DNA from: a virus
Reading direction: 5' to 3' (one strand)
DNA length: 64,000 nt
IMG/VR virus record: IMGVR_UViG_3300038809_000036
Made by a program: the position numbers and the translations under genes. The first letter of the stretch is position 1; each line of letters starts with the position of its first letter. Of the stretch, positions 9,236-18,696 are shown one piece after another. The notes below the pieces were generated by a model. The model was not told the origin of the DNA. It was given only the letters and a program-made list of their open reading frames with translations, and searched no databases.

Positions 9236-9348
9236 GGCGGCCCATGGGGGCTGCCAACACCATCACCGGCCGCCGCCATGGGGCGCGCGGCCACCCTTCC
9301 TCGACCAAGAGCCCGAACACGACCGGCCGGCCATGGGGCCCGGCTTGG
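9236..9348 (+). promoter_or_regulatory. Three ATGG-loop hairpins in the major capsid leader
   Basis: 9236-9255, 9268-9292 and 9323-9348, each a GC stem closing C-ATGG-G. Confidence 0.75.
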
Positions 9349-9392
9349 CGGTGCTGACGGATCAGACCCTCAAGCCTCCATAGGAGCCCACC

Positions 9393-10421
9393 ATGGCAAC
9401 CGGCGTTCTCCGCCTTTCCGACGTCATCGTCCCGTCCATCTTCGTCCCGATGGTCCGCCGCCTGGCGGTGGAGAAGACGGCGCTCATCACCTCCGGTGCG
9501 ATGGTCGCCGACCCGCTGCTCGACCGCTTCCTGGCCGGCCCGGGCCTGACCATCGATATGCCGCGCCTGAACTCGATCGACCGGCAGGACGTCGAGAACG
9601 TTTCCTCCGACGATCCGACCGTGTTCTCGACCCCGAACAAGCCGTCGACCGGCGACGAGATCGCGGTGCGCCTGTCGCGCAACAACTCGTGGTCGCAGAT
9701 GGATCTCGTGCGGGCGCTGCTGGCCGCCGATCCGCTGGCGCAGCTGGCCAACGACATCGCGCAGTACTGGGCCTACCGCCGCCAGCGCGCGGTGATCGCC
9801 CACCTCGCCGGCGTCTTCGCCGCCAACGCGGCCGCGACCGACGCGAGCCACGTGCAGAACGACATGACCCGGGACATCTCGGGTGCGAGCTACACGGCGG
9901 GCGTGACCGACTTCAACGGTGCCGCCTTCATCCAGGCGCTGCTCACCATGGGCGACGCCATGGGCGGCATCGCGCTCGTCGCCATGCACTCGGTGGTCTA
10001 CGCGAGCGCACTGACCAAGAACCTGATCCAGTTCCGGCTGGACAGCGAGGCCAACCCGACCATCCCGACCTACATGGGCAAGGATGTCACCCTCGACGAT
10101 TCCATGCCCAACAACGCGGGCGTGTTCGAGACCTGGCTGTTCGGCCGCGGCTCGGTGACCTACGGCACCGGCTCGCCCGACGTCCCCAACGAGGTGCTGC
10201 GCGTCCCGGGCGCCGGCAACGGCGGCGGTCAGGAGACCATGTGGGACCGCGTCGAGTGGGCCCACCACGTGCCGGGCACGGCCTACGTCGGCACCCCGCC
10301 CAAGGGCGGCCCGACCAACGCCGCCACCACCAACAACCTCGCCGCGGCGACGTCCTGGGCCCGTATCGCGAAGGACCGCCGGTCCATCCCGATCGCTCGC
10401 ATCGTCACCCGCGAGTTCTGA
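9393..10421 (+). CDS. Major capsid protein
   Basis: 342 aa, strong codon bias, follows scaffold; RLSDVIVPxIF N-terminus typical of this head type. Confidence 0.88.
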   Translation: MATGVLRLSDVIVPSIFVPMVRRLAVEKTALITSGAMVADPLLDRFLAGPGLTIDMPRLNSIDRQDVENVSSDDPTVFSTPNKPSTGDEIAVRLSRNNSWSQMDLVRALLAADPLAQLANDIAQYWAYRRQRAVIAHLAGVFAANAAATDASHVQNDMTRDISGASYTAGVTDFNGAAFIQALLTMGDAMGGIALVAMHSVVYASALTKNLIQFRLDSEANPTIPTYMGKDVTLDDSMPNNAGVFETWLFGRGSVTYGTGSPDVPNEVLRVPGAGNGGGQETMWDRVEWAHHVPGTAYVGTPPKGGPTNAATTNNLAAATSWARIAKDRRSIPIARIVTREF

Positions 10422-10430
10422 CGCTCGCTC

Positions 10431-10452
10431 CGAGGCGCGTTCGCGCGCCTCG
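10431..10452 (+). terminator. Perfect 9-bp hairpin after the capsid gene (no U-tract; terminator or stabiliser)
   Basis: CGAGGCGCG-TTCG-CGCGCCTCG. Confidence 0.45.
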
Positions 10453-10488
10453 CCGCCCGCCCCGTAGCTCGATCACAGGAGGGCTGCC

Positions 10489-11007
10489 ATGCCCCCGCGC
10501 AAGAACGACGACCAGACCGACGGCCAGGACGACGTGGCCGGCCGCAACGCCGCTTCCGCCGAGGCCAACCGCGGCCAGTCCGCCGAGGGCGAGGCCCCGG
10601 CCGGCACGCAGATGGAGGCCAAGCTCAAGACCGCCGCCGACAGCTCGGTCTCACCGAAATCCTCGACCCTGCAGAACCCCGATGCCGAGATCCGAGCCGA
10701 CCTGACCCAGGACGTGCTCACGGCCAATCGCGAGGCCATGCAGGCCGAGGTGCGCTCCGGCAAGGGCTCGTCCCAGGGGCTGAGCAAGCTCCAGGAGCTG
10801 CATCAGGCGGTGGCCGACGCCCAGGGCGCGGTCGACGCCGCGATCGAGAAGCGCAACACGGCCCGGGACGCCTATGACCGCGAGGTCGAGGCGCAGGCCG
10901 TCGGGTCGGCGCAGCCGTTCGGCGAGCTCGTCGCGGCCGCCCACGCCGCCGCCGACAAGCGGGCCGCCGAGGAGGCGGAACTCCGCAAGCGGCAGCTGGC
11001 TCGGTAG
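10489..11007 (+). CDS. Hypothetical coiled-coil protein
   Basis: AGGAG RBS; 172 aa, Ala/Glu-rich. Confidence 0.7.
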   Translation: MPPRKNDDQTDGQDDVAGRNAASAEANRGQSAEGEAPAGTQMEAKLKTAADSSVSPKSSTLQNPDAEIRADLTQDVLTANREAMQAEVRSGKGSSQGLSKLQELHQAVADAQGAVDAAIEKRNTARDAYDREVEAQAVGSAQPFGELVAAAHAAADKRAAEEAELRKRQLAR

Positions 11008-11013
11008 TCCGCC

Positions 11014-11526
11014 ATGGCTCTCGACGTCGAAACTGGCGTGGGCCTGCCCGACGCCGAGAGCTACGCCAGCGTCGAGACCGCCGACGCCTACCACCAGGCG
11101 CGCGGCAACGCTGCTTGGACGGGCGACGACGCGGCCAAGGAAGCCGCCCTGCGTCGTAGCACCGAATATCTCGACGGCCTGTACCGCACGCGCTGGCTGG
11201 GCCAACCCGCCACGCCTGGCCAGGGCCTCGCATGGCCGCGGGCCTCCGTCCGGGCGCCGGGCGGCTTCCTGCCCTCCGACGCGCTGCCCAAGGCGCTGGT
11301 GCGGGCCTGCTGTGAGGTGGCGTTGCGCGAATTGCAGACCCCGGGCGGTCTGACCCCCGACATCTTCCCGGGCGAGCGCGTCGTGTCCGAGACCGTGGAC
11401 GTGCTGGAGGTCCAGTACGCCGAGGGCGGCGCGCCGACCGACGTGCTGCCGGTCATCGTGACGGTCGAGCGCATCGTGGCGCCGCTGCTGCGGTCGGCAT
11501 CGGGCTCGCTGGTGATGAGGGCGTGA
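11014..11526 (+). CDS. Head-tail connector (DnaT-like family)
   Basis: AESYASV..AD.Y...RG, QGLAWPR motifs; position after capsid. Confidence 0.8.
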   Translation: MALDVETGVGLPDAESYASVETADAYHQARGNAAWTGDDAAKEAALRRSTEYLDGLYRTRWLGQPATPGQGLAWPRASVRAPGGFLPSDALPKALVRACCEVALRELQTPGGLTPDIFPGERVVSETVDVLEVQYAEGGAPTDVLPVIVTVERIVAPLLRSASGSLVMRA

Positions 11527-11527
11527 T

Positions 11528-11971
11528 ATGACGACGATCGCCTACAGGAACGGCTGCATCGCCGCCGACAGCGCCTCCTTCGCGGGATGGTCGCGCAATG
11601 GGACTTGCCGCAAGATCGCCCGCAACGCCGCCGGGGATCTGGCTGGCGTGTGCGGCTCGGCCACGTACATGGGCGAGTTCTTGCGGTGGTTCGAGGGTAA
11701 CGAAGACGGACCGCCGCCCGAGGCGCGTGTCGACGACGGGTGCACCGACTGTGCCCTGATCATCCGTCGCGATGGTCGAGCGATGCAGTTCGAGAAGGGT
11801 GGCAGCTTCAGCCTGTCGGGTGACTGGTTCGCGCTTGGCTCCGGAGGTCCGGAGGCGCGAGGCGCGATGCACGCGGGCGCCGACGCCCCCCGCGCCGTGA
11901 TGGCAGGGATCGATCTTGACGCATTTAGCGCTGGCCCGATCGCGTTCCTGTTCGCGTCCGACGCGCTCTGA
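11528..11971 (+). CDS. Ntn-hydrolase (HslV/proteasome-beta-like) protein
   Basis: M-TTIAY...AADS N-terminus and ALGSGG motif. Confidence 0.65.
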   Translation: MTTIAYRNGCIAADSASFAGWSRNGTCRKIARNAAGDLAGVCGSATYMGEFLRWFEGNEDGPPPEARVDDGCTDCALIIRRDGRAMQFEKGGSFSLSGDWFALGSGGPEARGAMHAGADAPRAVMAGIDLDAFSAGPIAFLFASDAL

Positions 11972-12357
11972 TGCCCGGCGCCTTCAACTACGCGCGGTCA
12001 GTCTCGGTAGCGAATCGCCTGATCGCTCGTTTCGGCCAGGCCGGCGCGATCCGGCGCGGCTCGGACACCTCCGGCGGGGACAGCACGAACAGCCAGGCCT
12101 CGACGCCCGGTGCAGCGGCCGAGCCCACCGACCACCCCTGCACCCTCGTCGTGCTCGACTACAGCGAGCAGGAGCGGGCGAGCAGCCTTATCGAGCAGAC
12201 CGACCGCAAGGTGCTGATCGCCCGGGCCGGCCTCGACATCGATCCGACCAACGACGATGCGCTCGTGATCGGCGGCGAGGAGTATCAGATCGTCTCCGTC
12301 ATGCCGCTGGCCCCCGGGCCGGTCACCGTTCTCTGGACCGCCCAGGCTCGACGCTGA
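11971..12357 (+). CDS. Head closure / head-tail adaptor
   Basis: Size, position, TGATG coupling. Confidence 0.7.
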   Translation: MPGAFNYARSVSVANRLIARFGQAGAIRRGSDTSGGDSTNSQASTPGAAAEPTDHPCTLVVLDYSEQERASSLIEQTDRKVLIARAGLDIDPTNDDALVIGGEEYQIVSVMPLAPGPVTVLWTAQARR

Positions 12358-12770
12358 TGGCTCAGACGTTCAGCCTCGACATTTCAGCCTGGATCGAGAA
12401 GGCCAAGGACCGCGGCGACCTCGTCGTGCGGAAGGTGGCGCTCGACATCGGGTCTCGGGTGGTAATGCGCTCGCCCGTGGATCGAGGGCAATTCCGGAAT
12501 AATTGGTTCGCGGGAGTCGGCCAGCCCGTCGTCAAGACGACCGAGGCCGTCGACAAGTCGGGCGCGGCGGCGATCGCCGGCATCGGCACCGTCGTCGCCA
12601 CGGCCCGCCTCGGTGACGTGGTCTACGTCTCGAACAGCCTGCCCTACGCCCTCCGGCTTGAGAACGGCTGGTCCAAGAAGGCGCCCGCCGGCATGGTCGG
12701 AATCACGGTGACCGAGTTCCAGGCCGCCGTGGATCGTTCGGTAGCGGCAGCCAAGGCCGAGGTGCCGTGA
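12357..12770 (+). CDS. HK97 gp10-like neck protein
   Basis: SPVDRGQFRNNW, NSLPYALRLENGWSKKAPAGMV motifs. Confidence 0.8.
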   Translation: MAQTFSLDISAWIEKAKDRGDLVVRKVALDIGSRVVMRSPVDRGQFRNNWFAGVGQPVVKTTEAVDKSGAAAIAGIGTVVATARLGDVVYVSNSLPYALRLENGWSKKAPAGMVGITVTEFQAAVDRSVAAAKAEVP

Positions 12771-13198
12771 TGGCGATCGAAGTCGCGATCCAGGCCGCGC
12801 TCTACGACCACCTGAAGGGCACGACCCTGCCGACGGCGCTGCCGATCGCGCCCGAGGGCAAGAACTTCGACCCCAAGGGCAAGGCCTATCTGCGGCCGAC
12901 CTTCATGCCGGCGGACACCACCGGATTCGGCACCGAGAGCGACGGGGACAACGTCTACGCCGGCCTGTTCCAGATCGACGTGTTCTGGCCGGTGAACCGA
13001 GACATCGCCGAGCCGCTCGCGGTCGCCGCGGCGCTCGCCGCCCGGTTCTGCCGGGGCACGAAGCTCGCCGCCGACGCCTTCCAGGTCCGGATCGACCTGC
13101 CGGCATCGGTGCTGCCCTCGCTCCAAGAGGCGAGCTGGTTCCAGATCCCCGTGCGCGCCCGCTGGGCCGCCTACGCGGCCGCGCCCGTCGCCGCTTAA
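12767..13198 (+). CDS. Tail terminator protein
   Basis: GLFQIDVFWP motif; directly before the tail tube gene. Confidence 0.7.
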   Translation: MMAIEVAIQAALYDHLKGTTLPTALPIAPEGKNFDPKGKAYLRPTFMPADTTGFGTESDGDNVYAGLFQIDVFWPVNRDIAEPLAVAAALAARFCRGTKLAADAFQVRIDLPASVLPSLQEASWFQIPVRARWAAYAAAPVAA

Positions 13199-13264
13199 CT
13201 CAATCGGGCCACCGCCCGTCCTTGCCGCACCTGTGCGGTCTCTAGCCTTGCCCGAGAGGACATC

Positions 13265-13747
13265 ATGGCCGCTACCACGCAAGTTCAGCCGACCGCCGGC
13301 GCCACCCTCTACATCGGTCCCGCCTCCGACGAGCAGCCGGCAGATGCCGCCGCCGCCGCGGCTCTGAACTGGACCCGCATCCGCAAGACCGAGACGTTCG
13401 GTGCGTTCGGCGATGCGGCCCAGTCCGTGACCTTCGACGCCACCGACGACGATCGCCGGTTCAAGGCCAAGGGCACGAAGGACGCGGGCGACTGGTCGTT
13501 CACCTGTGGCTTCGTCGCGGCGGACGCCGGTCAGCAGGCGCTCATGGACGCCGTCGACTCCGAGCAGAACTTCAACTTCAAGCTGGTCATGGACGACGAG
13601 CCGATCAACGGCACGACCCCGACGACCTTCTTCCTCTACGGCCTCGTCATGTCGGCCCGGCCGAACCCGGGCGGCGCCAACAACGTGGTGCGCCTGGAGG
13701 CCTCCGTCGGCCTCAACGGCAAGCCGCTGATGATCCCGGCCGCCTGA
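13265..13747 (+). CDS. Major tail tube protein
   Basis: 160 aa, GAGGA RBS, KGTKDAG motif, position. Confidence 0.8.
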   Translation: MAATTQVQPTAGATLYIGPASDEQPADAAAAAALNWTRIRKTETFGAFGDAAQSVTFDATDDDRRFKAKGTKDAGDWSFTCGFVAADAGQQALMDAVDSEQNFNFKLVMDDEPINGTTPTTFFLYGLVMSARPNPGGANNVVRLEASVGLNGKPLMIPAA

Positions 13748-13759
13748 GGACGGTGAAGC

Positions 13760-14194
13760 ATGGCCCCCCGTACCGCCGCCCAGAAGTCCGACGCCCCCGC
13801 CGGCCTCGATCTCGCGAGCCTCGACCTGGCCCCGAGCGCCGAGGCCGGCGCCACGATGCAGCTCCTGCACCCGGTCTCGGCCGAGCCGCTTGGGATCACG
13901 ATGGAGGTCATGGGCCAGGACGCCCCGACCTACCGGAAGAACCTCCGGAAGCTCCGCGACATGCTCGCCAAGCAGGGTGAGGACGACGAAGACGAGGACC
14001 CCGACAAGCGCGACCTGACCCGCATCGCCCGGCTGTCAGCCTGTGCGGTGCGCGGTTGGGCGGGCGTCCAGTGGAAGGGCCAGGACCTGCCCTACAGCTT
14101 CGAGAACGCCGTGATGGTGTTCGCCGCGCTCCCGTGGATCTCCGAACAGGTCGGGTTCTTCCGCGATCGGCGGGCCAATTTTTTCAAGGACTGA
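13760..14194 (+). CDS. Tail assembly chaperone (gpG-like)
   Basis: Ends ...RDRRANFFKD over slippery TTTTTTC. Confidence 0.8.
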   Translation: MAPRTAAQKSDAPAGLDLASLDLAPSAEAGATMQLLHPVSAEPLGITMEVMGQDAPTYRKNLRKLRDMLAKQGEDDEDEDPDKRDLTRIARLSACAVRGWAGVQWKGQDLPYSFENAVMVFAALPWISEQVGFFRDRRANFFKD

Positions 14195-14562
14195 CGACGC
14201 GGCTCACCTGGGCCGTCCGCGTCGTCACGCGCAATCAGCACGCCGGGGTCGCTTCCGATCAGGACCGGCTCCGGATCCCACCCGCAGCCGAGCACGTCTG
14301 GGCGTGGTTCTGGGATCTGGAGCAGGGCCGGCGGGCCGGGTTCTCCCCCGAGCCCTTCGGCTACACCGACATCGAGGCCTGGGCCCGGCTCTGCTGTGAG
14401 GAGCCGAGGCCCTGGGAGGTGAAAGCCCTCATGGCGATGGACGGCGCCCGCCGCGGCGAGCACCGGCGCCTTACAGATCCGGCCAACGCCGGCAAGGTGA
14501 AGGCCTCCGACACCGCCGGAATGATGCAGCTGATGCAGATGCTGCGGATGCGGGGCGGCTGA
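14179..14562 (+). CDS. gpGT-like -1 frameshift extension of the chaperone
   Basis: -1 frame open from the slippery site to 14562; VWAWFWDL...YTDIEAW motifs. Confidence 0.75.
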   Translation, partial: FFQGLTTRLTWAVRVVTRNQHAGVASDQDRLRIPPAAEHVWAWFWDLEQGRRAGFSPEPFGYTDIEAWARLCCEEPRPWEVKALMAMDGARRGEHRRLTDPANAGKVKASDTAGMMQLMQMLRMRGG

Positions 14563-14781
14563 TCACTTCGGGACGCGGCTTTCGCAAAGCTTTCGCGCCT
14601 CGCTAGCATTCTGTCCAAATGACGTCGCTGATCTTTGGCACTCCGAAAGAGACATTCCGTTCTTGCGAGCAAACGTCTGATCAGAAGCCATGTCGTCTGA
14701 AACGATTTGATACACAGCAAAAGCCGCAATTGCTGCAACTGGAACCCCAACAACCCAACCCAGGACCTTCACCAGCTTCAT
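14563..14781 (-). CDS. 72-aa single-TM protein, antisense moron (candidate superinfection exclusion)
   Basis: MKLVKVLGWVVGVPVAAIAAFAVYQ...; GAGGT RBS; lower GC. Confidence 0.65.
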   Translation of the reverse strand: MKLVKVLGWVVGVPVAAIAAFAVYQIVSDDMASDQTFARKNGMSLSECQRSATSFGQNASEARKLCESRVPK

Positions 14782-17700
14782 GACCGACCTCGCAACCCTT
14801 GGCCTCGCGATTGACTCGCGCCCGGCGACCGACGCCTCGGCGGCGCTCGACCGGCTCGTGCAGTCGTCGCGCGGAGCCGAGCAGGCGACAGATGCGCTCG
14901 CGACGTCCTCCGGCAAGTCCGGGGCGGCTCTGGCCGCCGAAGCGAGCGCCGCCGCGCGGGCCGCTGTCGGCTTCGGGGACTACGGGCGGGCGACCCGGGA
15001 CGCTGGCGCGGCGGCAACCACGTTCTCGACCGGCGCTTCCACGGTCACCCGTGGCCTGGAGCAGATGCTGGCCGCTCAGCGCGCCGCGTCGCAGGGGTGG
15101 CGTGATCTCTCAGCCCAGGGGCGCACCGCGCTCGACGAGCTCTCCGCCGCTCAGGCTCGCACGGCTGCCAACATGGCCGCGTCGCAGCGGATCGGCACGC
15201 TCGGCATGGCCGCGACGCCCCAGGCGGCGAACCAGAACGGCCGCCTTAATGCCTTCCAAGCGCAGAACCTGTTCTACCAGGGCAGCGACGTCGTCAGCTC
15301 GCTCGGATCCGGCATCTCCCCCCTGACGACCTTGCTGCAGCAGGGACCGCAGATCGCCGCCACCTTCACCGGGCCAGGCGCAGCGAGCCTGCGGGGGGCC
15401 TTCGCCACGGTCAGCGACGGCGCGGCATCGCTCGCGGCCCGGATCGGTGTGGTCGGCGGCGCGCTCGGCACGGTGGCCGTTGCCGGCGCAGCCGCCATCG
15501 CGGCGCAGATGTCCTATGCTGACACCCAGCGGCAGCTCGCCCAGGACCTGGCCGGCGTCGGGCGCGCTTCTGGCGTCACCGCTGGCCAGATCAACGCTAT
15601 CGCCCCGGCCGCGGCCACGGCTGCCGGTGTTTCGGTGCGCCAGGCCCGGTCAATGGCGGGCGAATTCGCTGCCACCGGTAAGATCGGCGCCGAGATGTAC
15701 ATCGGGCTGATCGCGTCGGCGAAGGACTATGCTGCGACCACTGGGCAGGACCTCGGCGACGCCAACCGCTCACTGGCTTCGGCTTTCGCAGACCCCGCGC
15801 GCGGCGCCGATGCGCTCGACAAGCAGTTGCTGATCCTGAACGACACGACGCGCGAGAATATCCAGCGCCTCGCCGCGCAGGGCGATCGGCTGGGCGCCCA
15901 GCGGGCCTTGCTCGAAGCCTACAAGACCGGACTGACCAGCGCGACCGAACTGACCAGCGCATGGGGCCGGACCACCGCGGCCGTCGGCAACATCGTCTCG
16001 GATATCTGGAACAAGATCGGCGAAACGGTGGATCGGGTCGCCACCGGCGGCGACCTCGAGACCCGCCTGGCAACCGCCCAGCGCGTGCTGGCGAACTCGC
16101 AGGCGCGCCAGAGCTATCTACCGTTCGGCATCGGCTCAGGCGACACCGCGAAGGCCCAGGCCGAGGTGGATCGCCTGCAGGCCGAGGTGCAGCGCCAGCA
16201 GCAGAGCGCCACGCAGCGGCAGCAGAACCGCACGTCGATCGAGATTGGCGACGTGACGCGGTCGCTCAACCCTCTCGGCGAGCGCCTGAAGCTGGCCGAG
16301 GACACCGCGACCAAGATCCGAAACAATCTCTCGTCGCTGCCGCTCGACCAGCAGGGCGAGGCCCGGCGCGCGATGGAGGGGCTGGAGATCTCGGCCCGGC
16401 GCATCCGCGAAGACCTCGCGCAGGGCGGCTCCGAGATGGCGGCCAGCCTGCGCCGGACCAACTTCGAGAGCCAGCAGGTTGGCAGCGTGGGCCTCGGTCG
16501 GACCGCCGCCCAGATCAATTTCGAGTACGCCGAGCGTCAGCGCCAGATCGAGGCGCAGAACCCGGAGCCGAATGCGCGCAACGCGGCGCTGCAGAGCCTT
16601 GAGATGGAGCGCGTTACGCAGCTCCAGACGGCGGAGCGGCAGTCGACGATCAGCGAGAACGCCACCGGCGGCGCCTTCTCCCGCATGTCGGCGGGCGTGC
16701 AGCAGCAGATCCAGGCCGCGGCGCAGCAGTTCTCCCGGATCCCGGCCGGAATCATCGCTGGCATCGCCGATAAGGAATCGAGCGGCAATCCGAACATCGG
16801 CCCGACACGGGTGCTGAACGCACAGGGTCAGCCGAGCACGTCGGCTTATGGCCTGGGCCAGATCACCACCGGCACTGCACGCGACGCGATCCGCGGCGGC
16901 TACCTGCCGTCCACCTTCGACCGCACCGACCCAAGCCAGGGCGCTGCTGGCATCGCCGGCGTGCTGTCCATGAAGCTGGATCAGGCCGGCGGCGACATCA
17001 ACAAGGCGATCGCGAACTACTACGGCAGCAAGAACCCGGTCGCGAACCAGGCCTACGCCGCCGATGTGCTCCGGCGAGCTGGGCAGATGGGCGACGCCAC
17101 CCCGCTCGGTCAGATCCGCGAGCAGGACCAGCGCAGCCGCGCCCTCGACGACGAGCGGGCGAAGCTCGCCATCGTGAACCAGTATCTGGACACGAACGGC
17201 GAGAAGCTCGACGCAGCGACGCGGGCGCAGCAGATCCTTAGCGAGGCGCAGGCCCGGGGCATCCCGATCACCGACAGCCTGCGCCAGGAGGCCGAGCGCC
17301 TCGCCGGAGGCATGGCGTCCACGGCGCGCGAGCTCGCGACCACCCGTGCCGGCCGGGATCTCGGCTTCGACCGCGATCAGCTCGGGCGCGACCGCTACGA
17401 GCAGCAGGCCTATAGCCGGGCCCGGTCCATCTACGGGGACACCACCACGCCGGCTGCGCAAGCGTACATCGGCCAATCCAAGGACAACCAGTACCTCTCG
17501 GACGCCCGGTCGACCCTGACCGATGCCGCGACCGGCTTCGCCACGGCACTTTCGCACGGCACGAACGCGGCCTCGGCCTTCAGTAGCGCCTTGTCCCGCA
17601 TCGGCGACAAGCTTCTCGGCGGTGTGATCGATTCCCTGATCGGCTCGGCCTTCAAGGGTGGCGGCGGCGGCCTGCTCAGCATGTTCGGCTTCGCCGATGG

Positions 17701-18109
17701 CGGCTTCACCGGCTACGGCGGCCGCAACCAGCCGGCCGGCATCGTGCATGCGGGCGAGGTCGTGTTCAGCCAGAGCGACGTCGCCCGCTTCGGCGGCCCG
17801 CACGTCGTGAACGCGATGCGGCTGGGCTACCCGGGTTATGCCGACGGCGGCCCGGTCCTGCCGATGATGCCGAACCTGGCGACGCTGCCGACCATGCCGG
17901 CGGCGCCCGCCAACATGAACGGAGCCCCGGGCGGCCCGCAGGCAATGACCATCGCCGTGGACGCCCGCGGCGCGCAGGGCAACTCTGAGGTCTCGGCGGC
18001 CATCCAGCGCGGCGTCGCCGCCGGCATGCAGCAGGTCCAGCAGAACATCGGCCGGAACATCAACGGCATCGTCGCCCAGGGGCAGCGGCGCTACCAGCGA
18101 GCCGGCTGA
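14780..18109 (+). CDS. Tape measure protein with lytic transglycosylase (SLT) domain
   Basis: 1109 aa, Ala-rich; KESSGNP...AYGLGQI...YYG at about 16690-17070; FADGGFTG...AGIVHAGE C-terminus. Confidence 0.93.
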   Translation: MTDLATLGLAIDSRPATDASAALDRLVQSSRGAEQATDALATSSGKSGAALAAEASAAARAAVGFGDYGRATRDAGAAATTFSTGASTVTRGLEQMLAAQRAASQGWRDLSAQGRTALDELSAAQARTAANMAASQRIGTLGMAATPQAANQNGRLNAFQAQNLFYQGSDVVSSLGSGISPLTTLLQQGPQIAATFTGPGAASLRGAFATVSDGAASLAARIGVVGGALGTVAVAGAAAIAAQMSYADTQRQLAQDLAGVGRASGVTAGQINAIAPAAATAAGVSVRQARSMAGEFAATGKIGAEMYIGLIASAKDYAATTGQDLGDANRSLASAFADPARGADALDKQLLILNDTTRENIQRLAAQGDRLGAQRALLEAYKTGLTSATELTSAWGRTTAAVGNIVSDIWNKIGETVDRVATGGDLETRLATAQRVLANSQARQSYLPFGIGSGDTAKAQAEVDRLQAEVQRQQQSATQRQQNRTSIEIGDVTRSLNPLGERLKLAEDTATKIRNNLSSLPLDQQGEARRAMEGLEISARRIREDLAQGGSEMAASLRRTNFESQQVGSVGLGRTAAQINFEYAERQRQIEAQNPEPNARNAALQSLEMERVTQLQTAERQSTISENATGGAFSRMSAGVQQQIQAAAQQFSRIPAGIIAGIADKESSGNPNIGPTRVLNAQGQPSTSAYGLGQITTGTARDAIRGGYLPSTFDRTDPSQGAAGIAGVLSMKLDQAGGDINKAIANYYGSKNPVANQAYAADVLRRAGQMGDATPLGQIREQDQRSRALDDERAKLAIVNQYLDTNGEKLDAATRAQQILSEAQARGIPITDSLRQEAERLAGGMASTARELATTRAGRDLGFDRDQLGRDRYEQQAYSRARSIYGDTTTPAAQAYIGQSKDNQYLSDARSTLTDAATGFATALSHGTNAASAFSSALSRIGDKLLGGVIDSLIGSAFKGGGGGLLSMFGFADGGFTGYGGRNQPAGIVHAGEVVFSQSDVARFGGPHVVNAMRLGYPGYADGGPVLPMMPNLATLPTMPAAPANMNGAPGGPQAMTIAVDARGAQGNSEVSAAIQRGVAAGMQQVQQNIGRNINGIVAQGQRRYQRAG

Positions 18110-18696
18110 TGGGCATCTTTGACGCCGCCGGTGCCGCCGCCCTCCGTGGCGACACGATCACGGCCGAGATCCTCGCGTTCTTCGATTTCCGGAGCAGCCC
18201 CCAGCGGGTGCACGCTGGCTACGGACCGCTCCTGGCCGGCGGCTTCATCTGGCAGGGCATGGGCGGCCTCGGCTCGGTTTCGGACATCGAGAGCGCGGTC
18301 GGGGGCATCGCACCGCTGGTGACCTTCACGCTGGCCGGCGTCGGTCCCGAGATCGCCAACGACGTCGTGAACGCCAAGACCGAGGTGAAGGGCCGCGACT
18401 GCTACGTCTACCTGCAACTCTACGGCCCCGACCTCGCCCCGCTCAGCGGCCTCTACACCCTCTACCGCGGCGTGATGGATCGGCTGGTCCACACCGCCAG
18501 CGGCCCCGACACCTGGACCGCGCAACTCACGGCCGAGACCAAGTTCTCCCGCCGCGGCCTGCCACCCTTCGGCAACCTCACGAACGCCGACCAGCAGCGC
18601 CGCTATCCCGGCGACAACGGCCTGTTCGACATCGCCCAGATGATCAACCGGAGACGGCCTTGGAATCCCGAGATCCCGGAAAAGAGCAGCACCTGA
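18109..18696 (+). CDS. Minor tail protein
   Basis: Coupled to TMP; DQQRRYPGD motif. Confidence 0.7.
   Translation: MGIFDAAGAAALRGDTITAEILAFFDFRSSPQRVHAGYGPLLAGGFIWQGMGGLGSVSDIESAVGGIAPLVTFTLAGVGPEIANDVVNAKTEVKGRDCYVYLQLYGPDLAPLSGLYTLYRGVMDRLVHTASGPDTWTAQLTAETKFSRRGLPPFGNLTNADQQRRYPGDNGLFDIAQMINRRRPWNPEIPEKSST

Noticed and set aside
7331-9348. Hairpin clusters as a CRISPR array or as intrinsic terminators
   Set aside because: No identical repeats with regular spacers, no cas genes, and no U-tracts after the stems.
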